Assembly (NCBI GenBank): GCA_032718475.1
Contig: JAUCBJ010009068.1
Location: 1-33,002 of the forward strand
DNA length: 33,002 bases
From: Nemertoderma westbladi
Lineage: Eukaryota; Animalia; Xenacoelomorpha
Reading direction: 5' to 3'
The number at the start of each line of letters is the position of its first letter. The stretch's first letter is position 1. The notes beneath the pieces are model-generated. The model was not told where the DNA came from. It worked only from the letters and a program-made list of their open reading frames with translations, and did not search any database. The position numbers were made by a program, and so were the translations under genes. This document shows positions 9,066 to 23,200 of this stretch, piece after piece.

Positions 9066-12000
9066 AGATGGTGAGATGAACAGCGAAAACGTGCCAGATG
9101 GTGAGATGAACAGCGAAAACGTACCAGATGGTTAGATGAACAGCGAAAACGTGCCAGATGGTTAGATGAACAGCGAAAACGTGCCAGATGGTTAGATGAA
9201 CAGCGAAAACGTGCCAGATGGTGAGATGAACAGCGAAAACGTGCCAGATGGTGAGATGAACAGCGAAAACGTGCCAGATGGTGAGATGAACAGCGAAAAC
9301 GTGCCAGATGGTGAGATGAACAGCGAAAACGTGCCAGATGGGGAGATGAACAGCGAAAACGTGCCAGATGGTGAGATGAACAGCGAAAACGTGCCAGATG
9401 GTGAGATGAACAGCGAAAACGTGCCAGATGGTGAGATGAACAGCGAAAACGTGCCAGATGGTGAGATGAACAGCGAAAACGTGCCAGATGGTGAGATGAA
9501 CAGCGAAAACGTGCCAGATGGTGAGATGAACAGCGAAAACGTGCCAGATGGTGAGATGAACAGCGAAAACGTGCCAGATGGTGAGATGAACAGCGAAAAC
9601 GTGCCAGATGGTGAGATGAACAGCGAAAACGTGCCAGATGGTGAGATGAACAGCGAAAACGTGCCAGATGGTGAGATGAACAGCGAAAACGTGCCAGATG
9701 GTGAGATGAACAGCGAAAACGTGCCAGATGGTGAGATGAACAGCGAAAACGTGCCAGATGGTGAGATGAACAGCGAAAACGTGCCAGATGGTGAGATGAA
9801 CAGCGAAAACGTGCCAGATGGTGAGATGAACAGCGAAAACGTGCCAGATGGTGAGATGAACAGCGAAAACGTGCCAGATGGTGAGATGAACAGCGAAAAC
9901 GTGCCAGATGGTGAGATGAACAGCGAAAACGTGCCAGATGGTGAGATGAACAGCGAAAACGTGCCAGATGGTGAGATGAACAGCGAAAACGTGCCAGATG
10001 GTGAGATGAACAGCGAAAACGTGCCAGATGGTGAGATGAACAGCGAAAACGTGCCAGATGGTGAGATGAACAGCGAAAACGTGCCAGATGGTGAGATGAA
10101 CAGCGAAAACGTGCCAGATGGTGAGATGAACAGCGAAAACGTGCCAGATGGTGAGATGAACAGCGAAAACGTGCCAGATGGTGAGATGAACAGCGAAAAC
10201 GTGCCAGATGGTGAGATGAACAGCGAAAACGTGCCAGATGGTGAGATGAACAGCGAAAACGTGCCAGATGGTGAGATGAACAGCGAAAACGTGCCAGATG
10301 GTGAGATGAACAGCGAAAACGTGCCAGATGGTGAGATGAACAGCGAAAACGTGCCAGATGGTGAGATGAACAGCGAAAACGTGCCAGATGGTGAGATGAA
10401 CAGCGAAAACGTGCCAGATGGTGAGATGAACAGCGAAAACGTGCCAGATGGTGAGATGAACAGCGAAAACGTGCCAGATGGTGAGATGAACAGCGAAAAC
10501 GTGCCAGATGGTGAGATGAACAGCGAAAACGTGCCAGATGGTGAGATGAACAGCGAAAACGTGCCAGATGGTGAGATGAACAGCGAAAACGTGCCAGATG
10601 GTGAGATGAACAGCGAAAACGTGCCAGATGGTGAGATGAACAGCGAAAACGTGCCAGATGGTGAGATGAACAGCGAAAACGTGCCAGATGGTGAGATGAA
10701 CAGCGAAAACGTGCCAGATGGTGAGATGAACAGCGAAAACGTGCCAGATGGTTAGATGAACAGCGAAAACGTGCCAGATGGTGAGATGAACAGCGAAAAC
10801 GTGCCAGATGGTTAGATGAACAGCGAAAACGTGCCAGATGGTGAGATGAACAGCGAAAACGTGCCAGATGGTGAGATGAACAGCGAAAACGTGCCAGATG
10901 GTGAGATGAACAGCGAAAACGTGCCAGATGGTGAGATGAACAGCGAAAACGTGCCAGATGGTGAGATGAACAGCGAAAACGTGCCAGATGGTGAGATGAA
11001 CAGCGAAAACGTGCCAGATGGTGAGATGAACAGCGAAAACGTGCCAGATGGTGAGATGAACAGCGAAAACGTGCCAGATGGTGAGATGAACAGCGAAAAC
11101 GTGCCAGATGGTGAGATGAACAGCGAAAACGTGCCAGATGGTGAGATGAACAGCGAAAACGTGCCAGATGGTGAGATGAACAGCGAAAACGTGCCAGATG
11201 GTGAGATGAACAGCGAAAACGTGCCAGATGGTTAGATGAACAGCGAAAACGTGCCAGATGGTGAGATGAACAGCGAAAACGTGCCAGATGGTGAGATGAA
11301 CAGCGAAAACGTGCCAGATGGTGAGATGAACAGCGAAAACGTGCCAGATGGTGAGATGAACAGCGAAAACGTGCCAGATGGTGAGATGAACAGCGAAAAC
11401 GTGCCAGATGGTGAGATGAACAGCGAAAACGTGCCAGATGGTGAGATGAACAGCGAAAACGTGCCAGATGGTGAGATGAACAGCGAAAACGTGCCAGATG
11501 GTGAGATGAACAGCGAAAACGTGCCAGATGGTGAGATGAACAGCGAAAACGTGCCAGATGGTGAGATGAACAGCGAAAACGTGCCAGATGGTGAGATGAA
11601 CAGCGAAAACGTGCCAGATGGTGAGATGAACAGCGAAAACGTGCCAGATGGTGAGATGAACAGCGAAAACGTGCCAGATGGTGAGATGAACAGCGAAAAC
11701 GTGCCAGATGGTGAGATGAACAGCGAAAACGTGCCAGATGGTGAGATGAACAGCGAAAACGTGCCAGATGGTGAGATGAACAGCGAAAACGTGCCAGATG
11801 GTGAGATGAACAGCGAAAACGTGCCAGATGGTGAGATGAACAGCGAAAACGTGCCAGATGGTGAGATGAACAGCGAAAACGTGCCAGATGGTGAGATGAA
11901 CAGCGAAAACGTGCCAGATGGTGAGATGAACAGCGAAAACGTGCCAGATGGTGAGATGAACAGCGAAAACGTGCCAGATGGTGAGATGAACAGCGAAAAC

Positions 12001-14968
12001 GTGCCAGATGGTGAGATGAACAGCGAAAACGTGCCAGATGGTGAGATGAACAGCGAAAACGTGCCAGATGGTGAGATGAACAGCGAAAACGTGCCAGATG
12101 GTGAGATGAACAGCGAAAACGTGCCAGATGGTGAGATGAACAGCGAAAACGTGCCAGATGGTGAGATGAACAGCGAAAACGTGCCAGATGGTGAGATGAA
12201 CAGCGAAAACGTGCCAGATGGTGAGATGAACAGCGAAAACGTGCCAGATGGTGAGATGAACAGCGAAAACGTGCCAGATGGTGAGATGAACAGCGAAAAC
12301 GTGCCAGATGGTGAGATGAACAGCGAAAACGTGCCAGATGGTGAGATGAACAGCGAAAACGTGCCAGATGGTGAGATGAACAGCGAAAACGTGCCAGATG
12401 GTGAGATGAACAGCGAAAACGTGCCAGATGGTGAGATGAACAGCGAAAACGTGCCAGATGGTGAGATGAACAGCGAAAACGTGCCAGATGGTGAGATGAA
12501 CAGCGAAAACGTGCCAGATGGTGAGATGAACAGCGAAAACGTGCCAGATGGTGAGATGAACAGCGAAAACGTGCCAGATGGTGAGATGAACAGCGAAAAC
12601 GTGCCAGATGGTGAGATGAACAGCGAAAACGTGCCAGATGGTGAGATGAACAGCGAAAACGTGCCAGATGGTGAGATGAACAGCGAAAACGTGCCAGATG
12701 GTGAGATGAACAGCGAAAACGTGCCAGATGGTGAGATGAACAGCGAAAACGTGCCAGATGGTGAGATGAACAGCGAAAACGTGCCAGATGGTGAGATGAA
12801 CAGCGAAAACGTGCCAGATGGTGAGATGAACAGCGAAAACGTGCCAGATGGTGAGATGAACAGCGAAAACGTGCCAGATGGTGAGATGAACAGCGAAAAC
12901 GTGCCAGATGGTGAGATGAACAGCGAAAACGTGCCAGATGGTGAGATGAACAGCGAAAACGTGCCAGATGGTGAGATGAACAGCGAAAACGTGCCAGATG
13001 GTGAGATGAACAGCGAAAACGTGCCAGATGGTGAGATGAACAGCGAAAACGTGCCAGATGGTGAGATGAACAGCGAAAACGTGCCAGATGGTGAGATGAA
13101 CAGCGAAAACGTGCCAGATGGTGAGATGAACAGCGAAAACGTGCCAGATGGTGAGATGAACAGCGAAAACGTGCCAGATGGTGAGATGAACAGCGAAAAC
13201 GTGCCAGATGGTGAGATGAACAGCGAAAACGTGCCAGATGGTGAGATGAACAGCGAAAACGTGCCAGATGGTGAGATGAACAGCGAAAACGTGCCAGATG
13301 GTGAGATGAACAGCGAAAACGTGCCAGATGGTGAGATGAACAGCGAAAACGTGCCAGATGGTGAGATGAACAGCGAAAACGTGCCAGATGGTGAGATGAA
13401 CAGCGAAAACGTGCCAGATGGTGAGATGAACAGCGAAAACGTGCCAGATGGTGAGATGAACAGCGAAAACGTGCCAGATGGTGAGATGAACAGCGAAAAC
13501 GTGCCAGATGGTGAGATGAACAGCGAAAACGTGCCAGATGGTGAGATGAACAGCGAAAACGTGCCAGATGGTGAGATGAACAGCGAAAACGTGCCAGATG
13601 GTGAGATGAACAGCGAAAACGTGCCAGATGGTGAGATGAACAGCGAAAACGTGCCAGATGGTGAGATGAACAGCGAAAACGTGCCAGATGGTGAGATGAA
13701 CAGCGAAAACGTGCCAGATGGTGAGATGAACAGCGAAAACGTGCCAGATGGTGAGATGAACAGCGAAAACGTGCCAGATGGTGAGATGAACAGCGAAAAC
13801 GTGCCAGATGGTGAGATGAACAGCGAAAACGTGCCAGATGGTGAGATGAACAGCGAAAACGTGCCAGATGGTGAGATGAACAGCGAAAACGTGCCAGATG
13901 GTGAGATGAACAGCGAAAACGTGCCAGATGGTGAGATGAACAGCGAAAACGTGCCAGATGGTGAGATGAACAGCGAAAACGTGCCAGATGGTGAGATGAA
14001 CAGCGAAAACGTGCCAGATGGTGAGATGAACAGCGAAAACGTGCCAGATGGTGAGATGAACAGCGAAAACGTGCCAGATGGTGAGATGAACAGCGAAAAC
14101 GTGCCAGATGGTGAGATGAACAGCGAAAACGTGCCAGATGGTGAGATGAACAGCGAAAACGTGCCAGATGGTGAGATGAACAGCGAAAACGTGCCAGATG
14201 GTGAGATGAACAGCGAAAACGTGCCAGATGGTGAGATGAACAGCGAAAACGTGCCAGATGGTGAGATGAACAGCGAAAACGTGCCAGATGGTGAGATGAA
14301 CAGCGAAAACGTGCCAGATGGTGAGATGAACAGCGAAAACGTGCCAGATGGTGAGATGAACAGCGAAAACGTGCCAGATGGTGAGATGAACAGCGAAAAC
14401 GTGCCAGATGGTGAGATGAACAGCGAAAACGTGCCAGATGGTGAGATGAACAGCGAAAACGTGCCAGATGGTGAGATGAACAGCGAAAACGTGCCAGATG
14501 GTGAGATGAACAGCGAAAACGTGCCAGATGGTGAGATGAACAGCGAAAACGTGCCAGATGGTGAGATGAACAGCGAAAACGTGCCAGATGGTGAGATGAA
14601 CAGCGAAAACGTGCCAGATGGTGAGATGAACAGCGAAAACGTGCCAGATGGTGAGATGAACAGCGAAAACGTGCCAGATGGTGAGATGAACAGCGAAAAC
14701 GTGCCAGATGGTGAGATGAACAGCGAAAACGTGCCAGATGGTGAGATGAACAGCGAAAACGTGCCAGATGGTGAGATGAACAGCGAAAACGTGCCAGATG
14801 GTGAGATGAACAGCGAAAACGTGCCAGATGGTGAGATGAACAGCGAAAACGTGCCAGATGGTGAGATGAACAGCGAAAACGTGCCAGATGGTGAGATGAA
14901 CAGCGAAAACGTGCCAGATGGTGAGATGAACAGCGAAAACGTGCCAGATGGTGAGATGAACAGCGAAA
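9066..14968. repeat. Minisatellite A: 30-bp unit AGATGGTGAGATGAACAGCGAAAACGTGCC, ~197 copies, truncated by the gap
   Basis: Visible directly. Only about 8 variant positions were seen: G>T at 9133, 9163, 9193, 10753, 10813 and 11233; G>A at 9123; T>G at 9342. Confidence 0.99.
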
Positions 14969-15068
14969 NNNNNNNNNNNNNNNNNNNNNNNNNNNNNNNN
15001 NNNNNNNNNNNNNNNNNNNNNNNNNNNNNNNNNNNNNNNNNNNNNNNNNNNNNNNNNNNNNNNNNNNN
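14969..15068. other. Assembly gap (100 N)
   Basis: Exactly 100 N, the usual placeholder for a gap of unknown size. Distance and orientation across it are not guaranteed. Confidence 0.99.
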
Positions 15069-15443
15069 AAAACATTTAAACAGATTAACATACATTAACA
15101 TTTTATAGGCCTATTATGTATCATTTGGTTCGTATTCATATATATTATAATACTTGGTATAGTTTATATATTTAAAGTACATATAGTATTGTTATTATTA
15201 TTAAAGAACATGATCTACAAATATTTGATATTATTTTATAAACTTATATATAAAAGTATATGTTTCTAAAAGATAATACTACAAGCAGGGAACAACACTA
15301 CAGTAAGGGAATTCTCGATCCCCATTGGTTGAATAAAATGGGCCCTATCCCCCAGGCTTCCATATCAAGGCATCACAACATTAGTAAGCTGAACGAGGCC
15401 TGTACAAAAGAATACTGCAATCCGATTGGCTGTAGTATTGGAG

Positions 15444-15610
15444 TAGGGAGTTGTACTATGCTGGACGTATACTGAACGTATACTGGACGTGTACTACGCT
15501 TGCCCCTTTAGCCCCCGGGGGGGGGGGGGGGGGGGGGGGCGAAGATCTAGCCCCAGCCTAGGCTGGGGCTAGATCTTCTAGACCTAGGTTGGGGCTAGCA
15601 CAACTCCCTA
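15444..15610. mobile_element. Small MITE-like element with 15-bp terminal inverted repeats and an internal perfect palindrome
   Basis: TAGGGAGTTGTACTA (15444-15458) versus TAGCACAACTCCCTA (15596-15610), 14/15 complementary; the terminal TA could be a TSD. Inside are three ~11-bp GRACGTRTACT repeats, a G23 run and a 38-bp perfect palindrome at 15541-15578. Confidence 0.6.
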
Positions 15611-15647
15611 TCTTACGTGTAATGTATGTTACGTGTATTATTGTACG

Positions 15648-16843
15648 TTAATGCATAAACCATCTACCCCTGAATTGGCTATGGCCAGTGGCGGCAAGCA
15701 TATAATTGTGGCAGGTCTTGCAAATACGCTTGCCAACCACTGGACCGGGGGGTGGAGGGGGGGGCAAGCAGTCGAAGGCGCCACTGCTCAGCCGTCTCCC
15801 CATCAACATTCCTGGGGCAGAACCAATTCCCTTTGATCTGTGTGTGTCCCGGCACACACTTGATCCTATCGCCGCAGGTCTTACACACCCTCTCCCATCC
15901 TTTCTGGATGTTCTTACCCAGCTGCATCCGTTTCTGGTGCCTCCACTCAGTCACATAACCCCTCTTACGCCCCACATTCCGAGTGCTAGTGAGATCGGCC
16001 AGCATATTGGGGGCAATGCCTCATCGGCCTGTCTCACCCACTCGTCAAATGTTATGTTGGTTGTGGGGCAGTAAAAGGAGTCCCTATAGGCACGGTGACC
16101 GGGTGCAGAGACCTTCTGGTGGCATTCGGGGCAATTTGTGATCTTTCTGGATCTTTTGGATTTTGGTTTAAGGGGTTTAGATTTCTGGGCTGTATGTTTT
16201 CGTACGTAAATGGATAGTGGGACATTCTCGGAGGATGTACTGCTGGGGGAAGATGGGTGTAAAGAGAAATCGGAATGTGGAAGTTCTAGTTGGGTTGGGG
16301 TTGAAGAAGAAGGGCCAGAGGGAACAATCGGTACTGAGGAAGGTAACTGATGGACGTTTGGGACACTGGGATATGAATGATCACCGTAAAGGTCTCTGTT
16401 GCCGGGAGTGGTCCATGCCACCCGTGGCGGTGGCAGGGACACGGATGCGGGCAGCGGTGCCTCCAGCTGAATGTAATCAGTCGCCACAAATGTGGCGCGA
16501 TCACTTTCAACAGCCACAGGCACAGCTACCACCGGGTCCTCCATAAACACAGCGTCCCAGACCGAACGCAAGCCGAAGGACATCACTAAGTGCAGGGCCA
16601 GTCAGCTGGGGTGGTTGGGCCACATCAGCTAGCCCAGTTAATTGTGGCGTTTCAGCCACAATGTCCTGGCCCACTGATTGTGGCTTGGCCACCACCTTAG
16701 CCCTCGGCTTCCGCAGTTTCGCTTGTCCAGATCGATCTGGGACGTCAGTAAATGACAGGGGCTGGATGGGATCGGTGATAGTCATGTATCGAATCTGTGC
16801 CGAGACCCGAGTGGTCTCCCAACGGATAAGGGGAATAACTGAA
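15648..16843 (-). pseudogene. Frameshifted coding region or exon: Pro/Ser-rich linker plus three C-x2-C...GH...(F/Y)CP zinc-finger-like repeats; probably from a DNA-transposon protein
   Basis: Four overlapping track ORFs in alternating frames join into one protein containing CPECHQKVSAPGHRAYRDSFYCP...W, CKTCGDRIKCVPGHTQIKGNWFCP...W and CKTCHNYMLAATGHSQFRGRWF (incomplete). Acceptor-like tttttctttattAG at ~16844. The region is GC-rich relative to its flanks. Confidence 0.7.
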
Positions 16844-17012
16844 CTAATAAAGAAAAACAACTCCCTAATACAAAATTATTCGATTAGGTAAACCTCCTAC
16901 ATTCCGGTAACAATCCTGCTATAGGTACCTGTACCTACCATCAAACTAATTAAGTTTATTAAACTCACTGATTTCACCGAGATTTTCTCTGCTTTAACAA
17001 CCGACGTCAGAT

Positions 17013-17288
17013 AATAAGGCGTAGCTGCTTAACTCTACTATCTAAGTTAAGTAGTCCAGATTCAGAAAAGTCATCTGGAGTTAGGTGGTGCCTAGGTTTG
17101 TAGTCTTTAATAAATCGTACTACTTTATTCTGAGCTACTTGTAATTTACATTTAAGCTGTTTGGTTAAGCCTTCATACCAAGAAGAGCATGCATAGTCCA
17201 TGTGACACTGTATTAAAGTAGAGCAAAGTAACTTGCGGGAGTCGGTGTTTAAACTATTTTTATTTCTGTATAGAAACCTAAGCCTACT
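17013..17288 (-). mobile_element. Non-LTR retrotransposon (CR1/L2 group, e.g. L2/Crack/Daphne-like) ORF2 fragment, post-RT thumb region
   Basis: SRLRFLYRNKNSLNTDSRKLLCSTLIQCHMDYACSSWYEGLTKQLKCKLQVAQNKVVRFI carries the typical 'LI..H.DY.CS.W...L.......LQ..QNK..R' signature found just C-terminal to the RT core. Truncated on both sides. Confidence 0.85.
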
Positions 17289-20200
17289 TAACAACGGGAC
17301 TAATAGGGATATCTCGTAACAACGGGACTCAAGGGATATCTCGTAACAACGGGACTCAAGGAATATATCTCGTAACAACGGGACTCAGAGATATTTTGTT
17401 TCAACGGGACTCATAAGGGGATATCAGGGATATCTCGTAACAACGGGACTCATTAGGGATATCTCGTCTCAACGGGACTCATAGGGATATCTCGTCTAAA
17501 CGGTAATCATAGGGATATCTCGTAACAACGGGACTCATTAGGGATATCACGTCGGGACTCAAGGGATATCTCGTCTCAACGGGACTCATAAGGGATATCT
17601 TGTCTCAACGGGACTCATAAGGGATATCTCGTCTCAACGGGACTCATATATCTCGTAACAACGGTACTCTAGGAGGGATATCTCGTAACAACGGGACTCA
17701 TTAGGGATATCTCGTCTCAACGGGACTCAAGGGATATCTCGTCTCAACGGGACTCATAAGGGGATATCTCGTCTCAACGGGACTCATATATCTCGTAACA
17801 ACGGGACTCAAGGGATATCTCGTCTCAACGGGACTCATAAGGGATATCTTGTCTCAACGGGACTCATAAGGGATATCTCGTCTCAACGGGACTCATATAT
17901 CTCGTAACAACGGTACTCTAGGAGGGATATCTCGTAACAACGGGACTCATTAGGGATATCTTGTCTCAACGGGACTCATAAGGGATATCTCGTCTCAACG
18001 GGACTCATATATCTCGTAACAACGGTACTCTAGGAGGGATATCTCGTAACAACGGGACTCATTAGGGATATCTCGTCTCAACGGGACTCAAGGGATATCT
18101 CGTCTCAACGGGACTCATAAGGGGATATCTCGTCTCAACGGGACTCATATATCTCGTAACAACGGGACTCAAGGGATATCTCGTCTCAACGGGACTCATA
18201 AGGGATATCTTGTCTCAATGGGACTCATAAGGGATATCTCGTCTCAACGGGACTCATATATCTCGTAACAACGGGACTCAAGGGATATCTCGTAACAACG
18301 GGACTCAGGGATATCTCGTCTCAACGGGACTCAAGGGATATCTCGTCTCAACGGGACTCAAAGGGATATCTTGTCTCAACGGGACTCATAAGGGATATCT
18401 CGTCTCAACGGGACTCATATATCTCGTAACAACGGGACTCAAGGGATATCTCGTAACAACGGGACTCATTAGGGATATCTCGTCGCAACGGGACTCATAA
18501 GGGGATATCTCGTCTCAAAGGGACTCATGTATCTCGTAACAACGGGACTCAAGGGATATCTCGTAACAACGGGACTCAAGGGATATCTCGTCTAAACGGG
18601 AATCGTAGGGATATCTCGTAACAACCGGACTCATTAGGGATATCTTGTCTCAACGGGACTCATAAGGGGATATCTCGTCTCAAAGGGACTCATGTATCTC
18701 GTAACAACGGGACTCAAGGGATATCTCGTAACAACGGGACTCAAGGGATATCTCGTCTAAACGGGAATCGTAGGGATATCTCGTAACAACCGGACTCATT
18801 AGGGATATCTCGTCTCAACGGGGCTCAAGGGATATCTCCTCTAAACGGGAATCGTAGGGATATCTCGTAACAACGGGACTCATTAGGGATATCTCGTCTA
18901 AACGGGACTCATATCTCGTAACAACGGGACTCAAGGGATATCTCGTAACAACGGGACTCAAGGAATATATCTCGTAACAACGGGACTCAGGGATATCTCG
19001 TAACAACGGGACTCATTAGGGATATCACGTCGGGACTCAAGGGATATCTCGTCTTAACGGGAATCATAGGGATATCTCGTCTTAACGGGATCATAGGGAT
19101 ATCTCGTAACAACGGGACTCATAGGGATATCTCGTAACAACGGGACTCATTAGGGATATCTCGTAACAACGGGACTCGTAAAGGATATCTCGTAACAACG
19201 GGACTCTAGGGATATCTCGTAACAACGGGACTCAAGGGATATTTCGTAACAACAGGACTCATAGGGATATCTCGTAACAACGGGACTCATAGGGATATCT
19301 CGTAACAACGGGACTCATAGGTATATCTCGTAACAACGGGACTCAGGGATATTTCGTAACAACGGGACTCATAAAGGATATCTCGTAACAACGGGACTCA
19401 AGGGATATCTCGTAACAACGGGATATCTCGTAACAACGGGACTCATAGGGATATCTCGTAACAACGGGACTCATAAAGGATATCTCGTAACAACGGGACT
19501 CATAGGGATATCTCGTAACAACGGGACTCATAGGGATATCTCGTAACAACGGGACTCATAAAGGATATCTCGTAACAACGGGACTCAAGGGATATCTCGT
19601 AACAACGGGACTCATAGGTATATCTCGTAACAACGGGACTCAGGGATATTTCGTAACAACGGGACTCATAAAGGATATCTCGTAACAACGGGACTCAAGG
19701 GATATCTCGTAACAACGGGATATCTCGTAACAACGGGACTCATAGGGATATCTCGTAACAACGGGACTCATAAAGGATATCTCGTAACAACGGGACTCAT
19801 AGGGATATCTCGTAACAACGGGATATCTCGTAACAACGGGACTCATAGGGATATCTCGTAACAACGGGACTCATAAAGGATATCTCGTAACAACGGGACT
19901 CAAGGGATATCTCGTAACAACGGGACTCAGGGATATTTCGTAACAACGGGACTCATAAAGGATATCTCGTAACAACGGGACTCAGGGATATTTCGTAACA
20001 ACGGGACTCATAAAGGATATCTCGTAACAACGGGAATCAAGGGATATCTCGTAACAACGGGATATCTCGTAACAACGGGACTCATAGGGATATTTCGTAA
20101 CAGCGGGACTCAGGGATATTTCGTAACAACGGGACTCATAAAGGATATCTCGTAACAACGGGACTCAAGGGATATCTCGTAACAACGGGATATCTCGTAA

Positions 20201-23200
20201 CAACGGGACTCAGGGATATTTCGTAACAACGGGACTCATAAAGGATATCTCGTAACAACGGGACTCATAAAGGATATCTCGTAACAACGGGACTCAAGGC
20301 ATATCTCGTAACAACGGGATATCTCGTAACAACGGGACTCAGGGATATTTCGTAACAACGGGACTCATAAAGGATATCTCGTAACAACGGGACTCATAAA
20401 GGATATCTCGTAACAACGGGACTCATAGGGATATCTCGTAACAACGGGACTCAAGGGATATTTCGTAACAACGGGACTCATAAAGGATATCTCGTAACAA
20501 CGGGACTCAGGGATATTTCGTAACAACGGGACTCATAAAGGATATCTCGTAACAACGGGACTCAGGGATATTTCGTAACAACGGGACTCATAAAGGATAT
20601 CTCGTAACAACGGGATATCTCGTAACAACGGGACTCAGGGATATTTCGTAACAACGGGACTCATAAAGGATATCTCGTAACAACGGGACTCAAGGGATAT
20701 CTCGTAACAACGGGATATCTCGTAGCAACGGGACTCATAGGGATATCTCGTAACAACGGGATATCTCGTAGCAACGGGACTCATAGGGATATCTCGTAAC
20801 AACGGGACTCATAGGGATATCTCGTAACAACGGGACTCAGGGATATTTCGTAACAACGGGACTCATAAAGGATATCTCGTAACAACGGGATATCTCGTAA
20901 CAACGGGACTCAGGGATATTTCGTAACAACGGGACTCATAAAGGATATCTCGTAACAACGGGACTCAAGGGATATCTCGTAACAACGGGATATCTCGTAG
21001 CAACGGGACTCATAGGGATATCTCGTAACAACGGGATATCTCGTAGCAACGGGACTCATAGGGATATCTCGTAACAACGGGACTCAGGGATATTTCGTAA
21101 CAACGGGACTCATAAAGGATATCTCGTAACAACGGGACTCATAAAGGATATCTCGTAACAACGGGACTCAAGGGATATCTCGTAACAACGGGATATCTCG
21201 TAACAACGGGACTCAGGGATATTTCGTAACAACGGGACTCATAAAGGATATCTCGTAACAACGGGACTCATAAAGGATATCTCGTAACAACGGGACTCAT
21301 AGGGATATCTCGTAACAACGGGACTCAAGGGATATTTCGTAACAACGGGACTCATAAAGGATATCTCGTAACAACGGGACTCAGGGATATTTCGTAACAA
21401 CGGGACTCATAAAGGATATCTCGTAACAACGGGACTCAGGGATATTTCGTAACAACGGGACTCATAAAGGATATCTCGTAACAACGGGATATCTCGTAAC
21501 AACGGGACTCAGGGATATTTCGTAACAACGGGACTCATAAAGGATATCTCGTAACAACGGGACTCAAGGGATATCTCGTAACAACGGGATATCTCGTAGC
21601 AACGGGACTCATAGGGATATCTCGTAACAACGGGATATCTCGTAGCAACGGGACTCATAGGGATATCTCGTAACAACGGGACTCATAGGGATATCTCGTA
21701 ACAACGGGACTCATAAAGGATATCTCGTAACAACGGGACTCAAGGGATATCTCGTAACAACGGGACTCATAGGTATATCTCGTAACAACGGGACTCAGGG
21801 ATATTTCGTAACAACGGGACTCATAAAGGATATCTCGTAACAACGGGACTCAAGGGATATCTCGTAACAACGGGATATCTCGTAACAACGGGACTCATAG
21901 GGATATCTCGTAACAACGGGACTCATAAAGGATATCTCGTAACAACGGGACTCAAGGGATATCTCGTAACAACGGGACTCAAGGGATATCTCGTAACAAC
22001 GGGACTCATAAAGGATATCTCGTAACAACGGGACTCAAGGGATATCTCGTAACAACGGGACTAAAGGAATATCTCGTAACAACGGGACTCATAGGGATAT
22101 CTCGTAACAACGGGACTCAGGGATATCTCGTAACAACGGGACTCATAGGGATATCTCGTCAACGGGACTCATAGGGATATCTCTTAACGGGACTCATAAG
22201 GATATCTCGTAACAACGGGACTCAAGGGATATCTCGTAACAACGGGACTCATAGGGATATCTCGTAACAACGGGACTCATAGGGATATCTCGTAACAACG
22301 GGACTCATAAAGGATATCTCGTACAACGGGACTCAAGGCATATCTCGTAACAACGGGACTCATAGATATATTTCGTAACAACGGGACTCAGGGATATCTC
22401 GTAACAACGGGACTCATAGGGATATCTCGTAACAACGGGACTCATAGGGATATCTCGTAACAACGGGACTCATAGGGATATCTCGTAACAACGGGACTCA
22501 TAGGGATATCTCGTCAACGGGACTCATAGGGATATCTCTTAACAACGGGATTCATAAGGATATCTCGTAACAACGGGACTCATAGGGATATCTTGTAACA
22601 ACGGGACTCAGGGATATCTCGTAACAACGGGACTCATAGGGATATCTCGTAACAACGGGACTCATAAAGGACATCTCGTAACAACGGGACTAAAGGGATA
22701 TCTCGTAACAACGGGACTCATAGGGATATCTTGTAACAACGGGACTCAGGGATATCTCGTAACAACGGGACTCATAGGGATATCTCGTAACAACGGGACT
22801 CATAAAGGACATCTCGTAACAACGGGACTAAAGGGATATCTCGTAACAACGGGACTCCTAGGGATATCTCGTAACAACGGGACTCAGGGATATCTCGTAA
22901 CAACGGGACTCATAGGGATATCTCGTCAACGGGACTCATAGGGATATCTCTTAACAACGGGACTCATAAGGATATCTCGTAACAACGGGACTCAAGGGAT
23001 ATCTCGTAACAACGGGACTCATAGGGATATCTCGTAACAACGGGACTCATAAAGGATATCTCGTAACAACGGGACTCAAGGGATATCTCGTACAACGGGA
23101 CTCAAGGCATATCTCGTAACAACGGGACTCATAGATATATTTCGTAACAACGGGACTCAGGGATATCTCGTAACAACGGGACTCCTAGGGATATCTCGTA

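Noticed and set aside
8996-15108. Giant repeat ORFs (RFRCSSHHLA, HVFAVHLTIW, MNSENVPDGE, SLFISPSGTF)
   Set aside because: The unit is a multiple of 3 and lacks stops in four frames. The minus-strand starts lie across the N gap, there is no synonymous variation, and the recurrent G>T variant creates stops in two of the frames.
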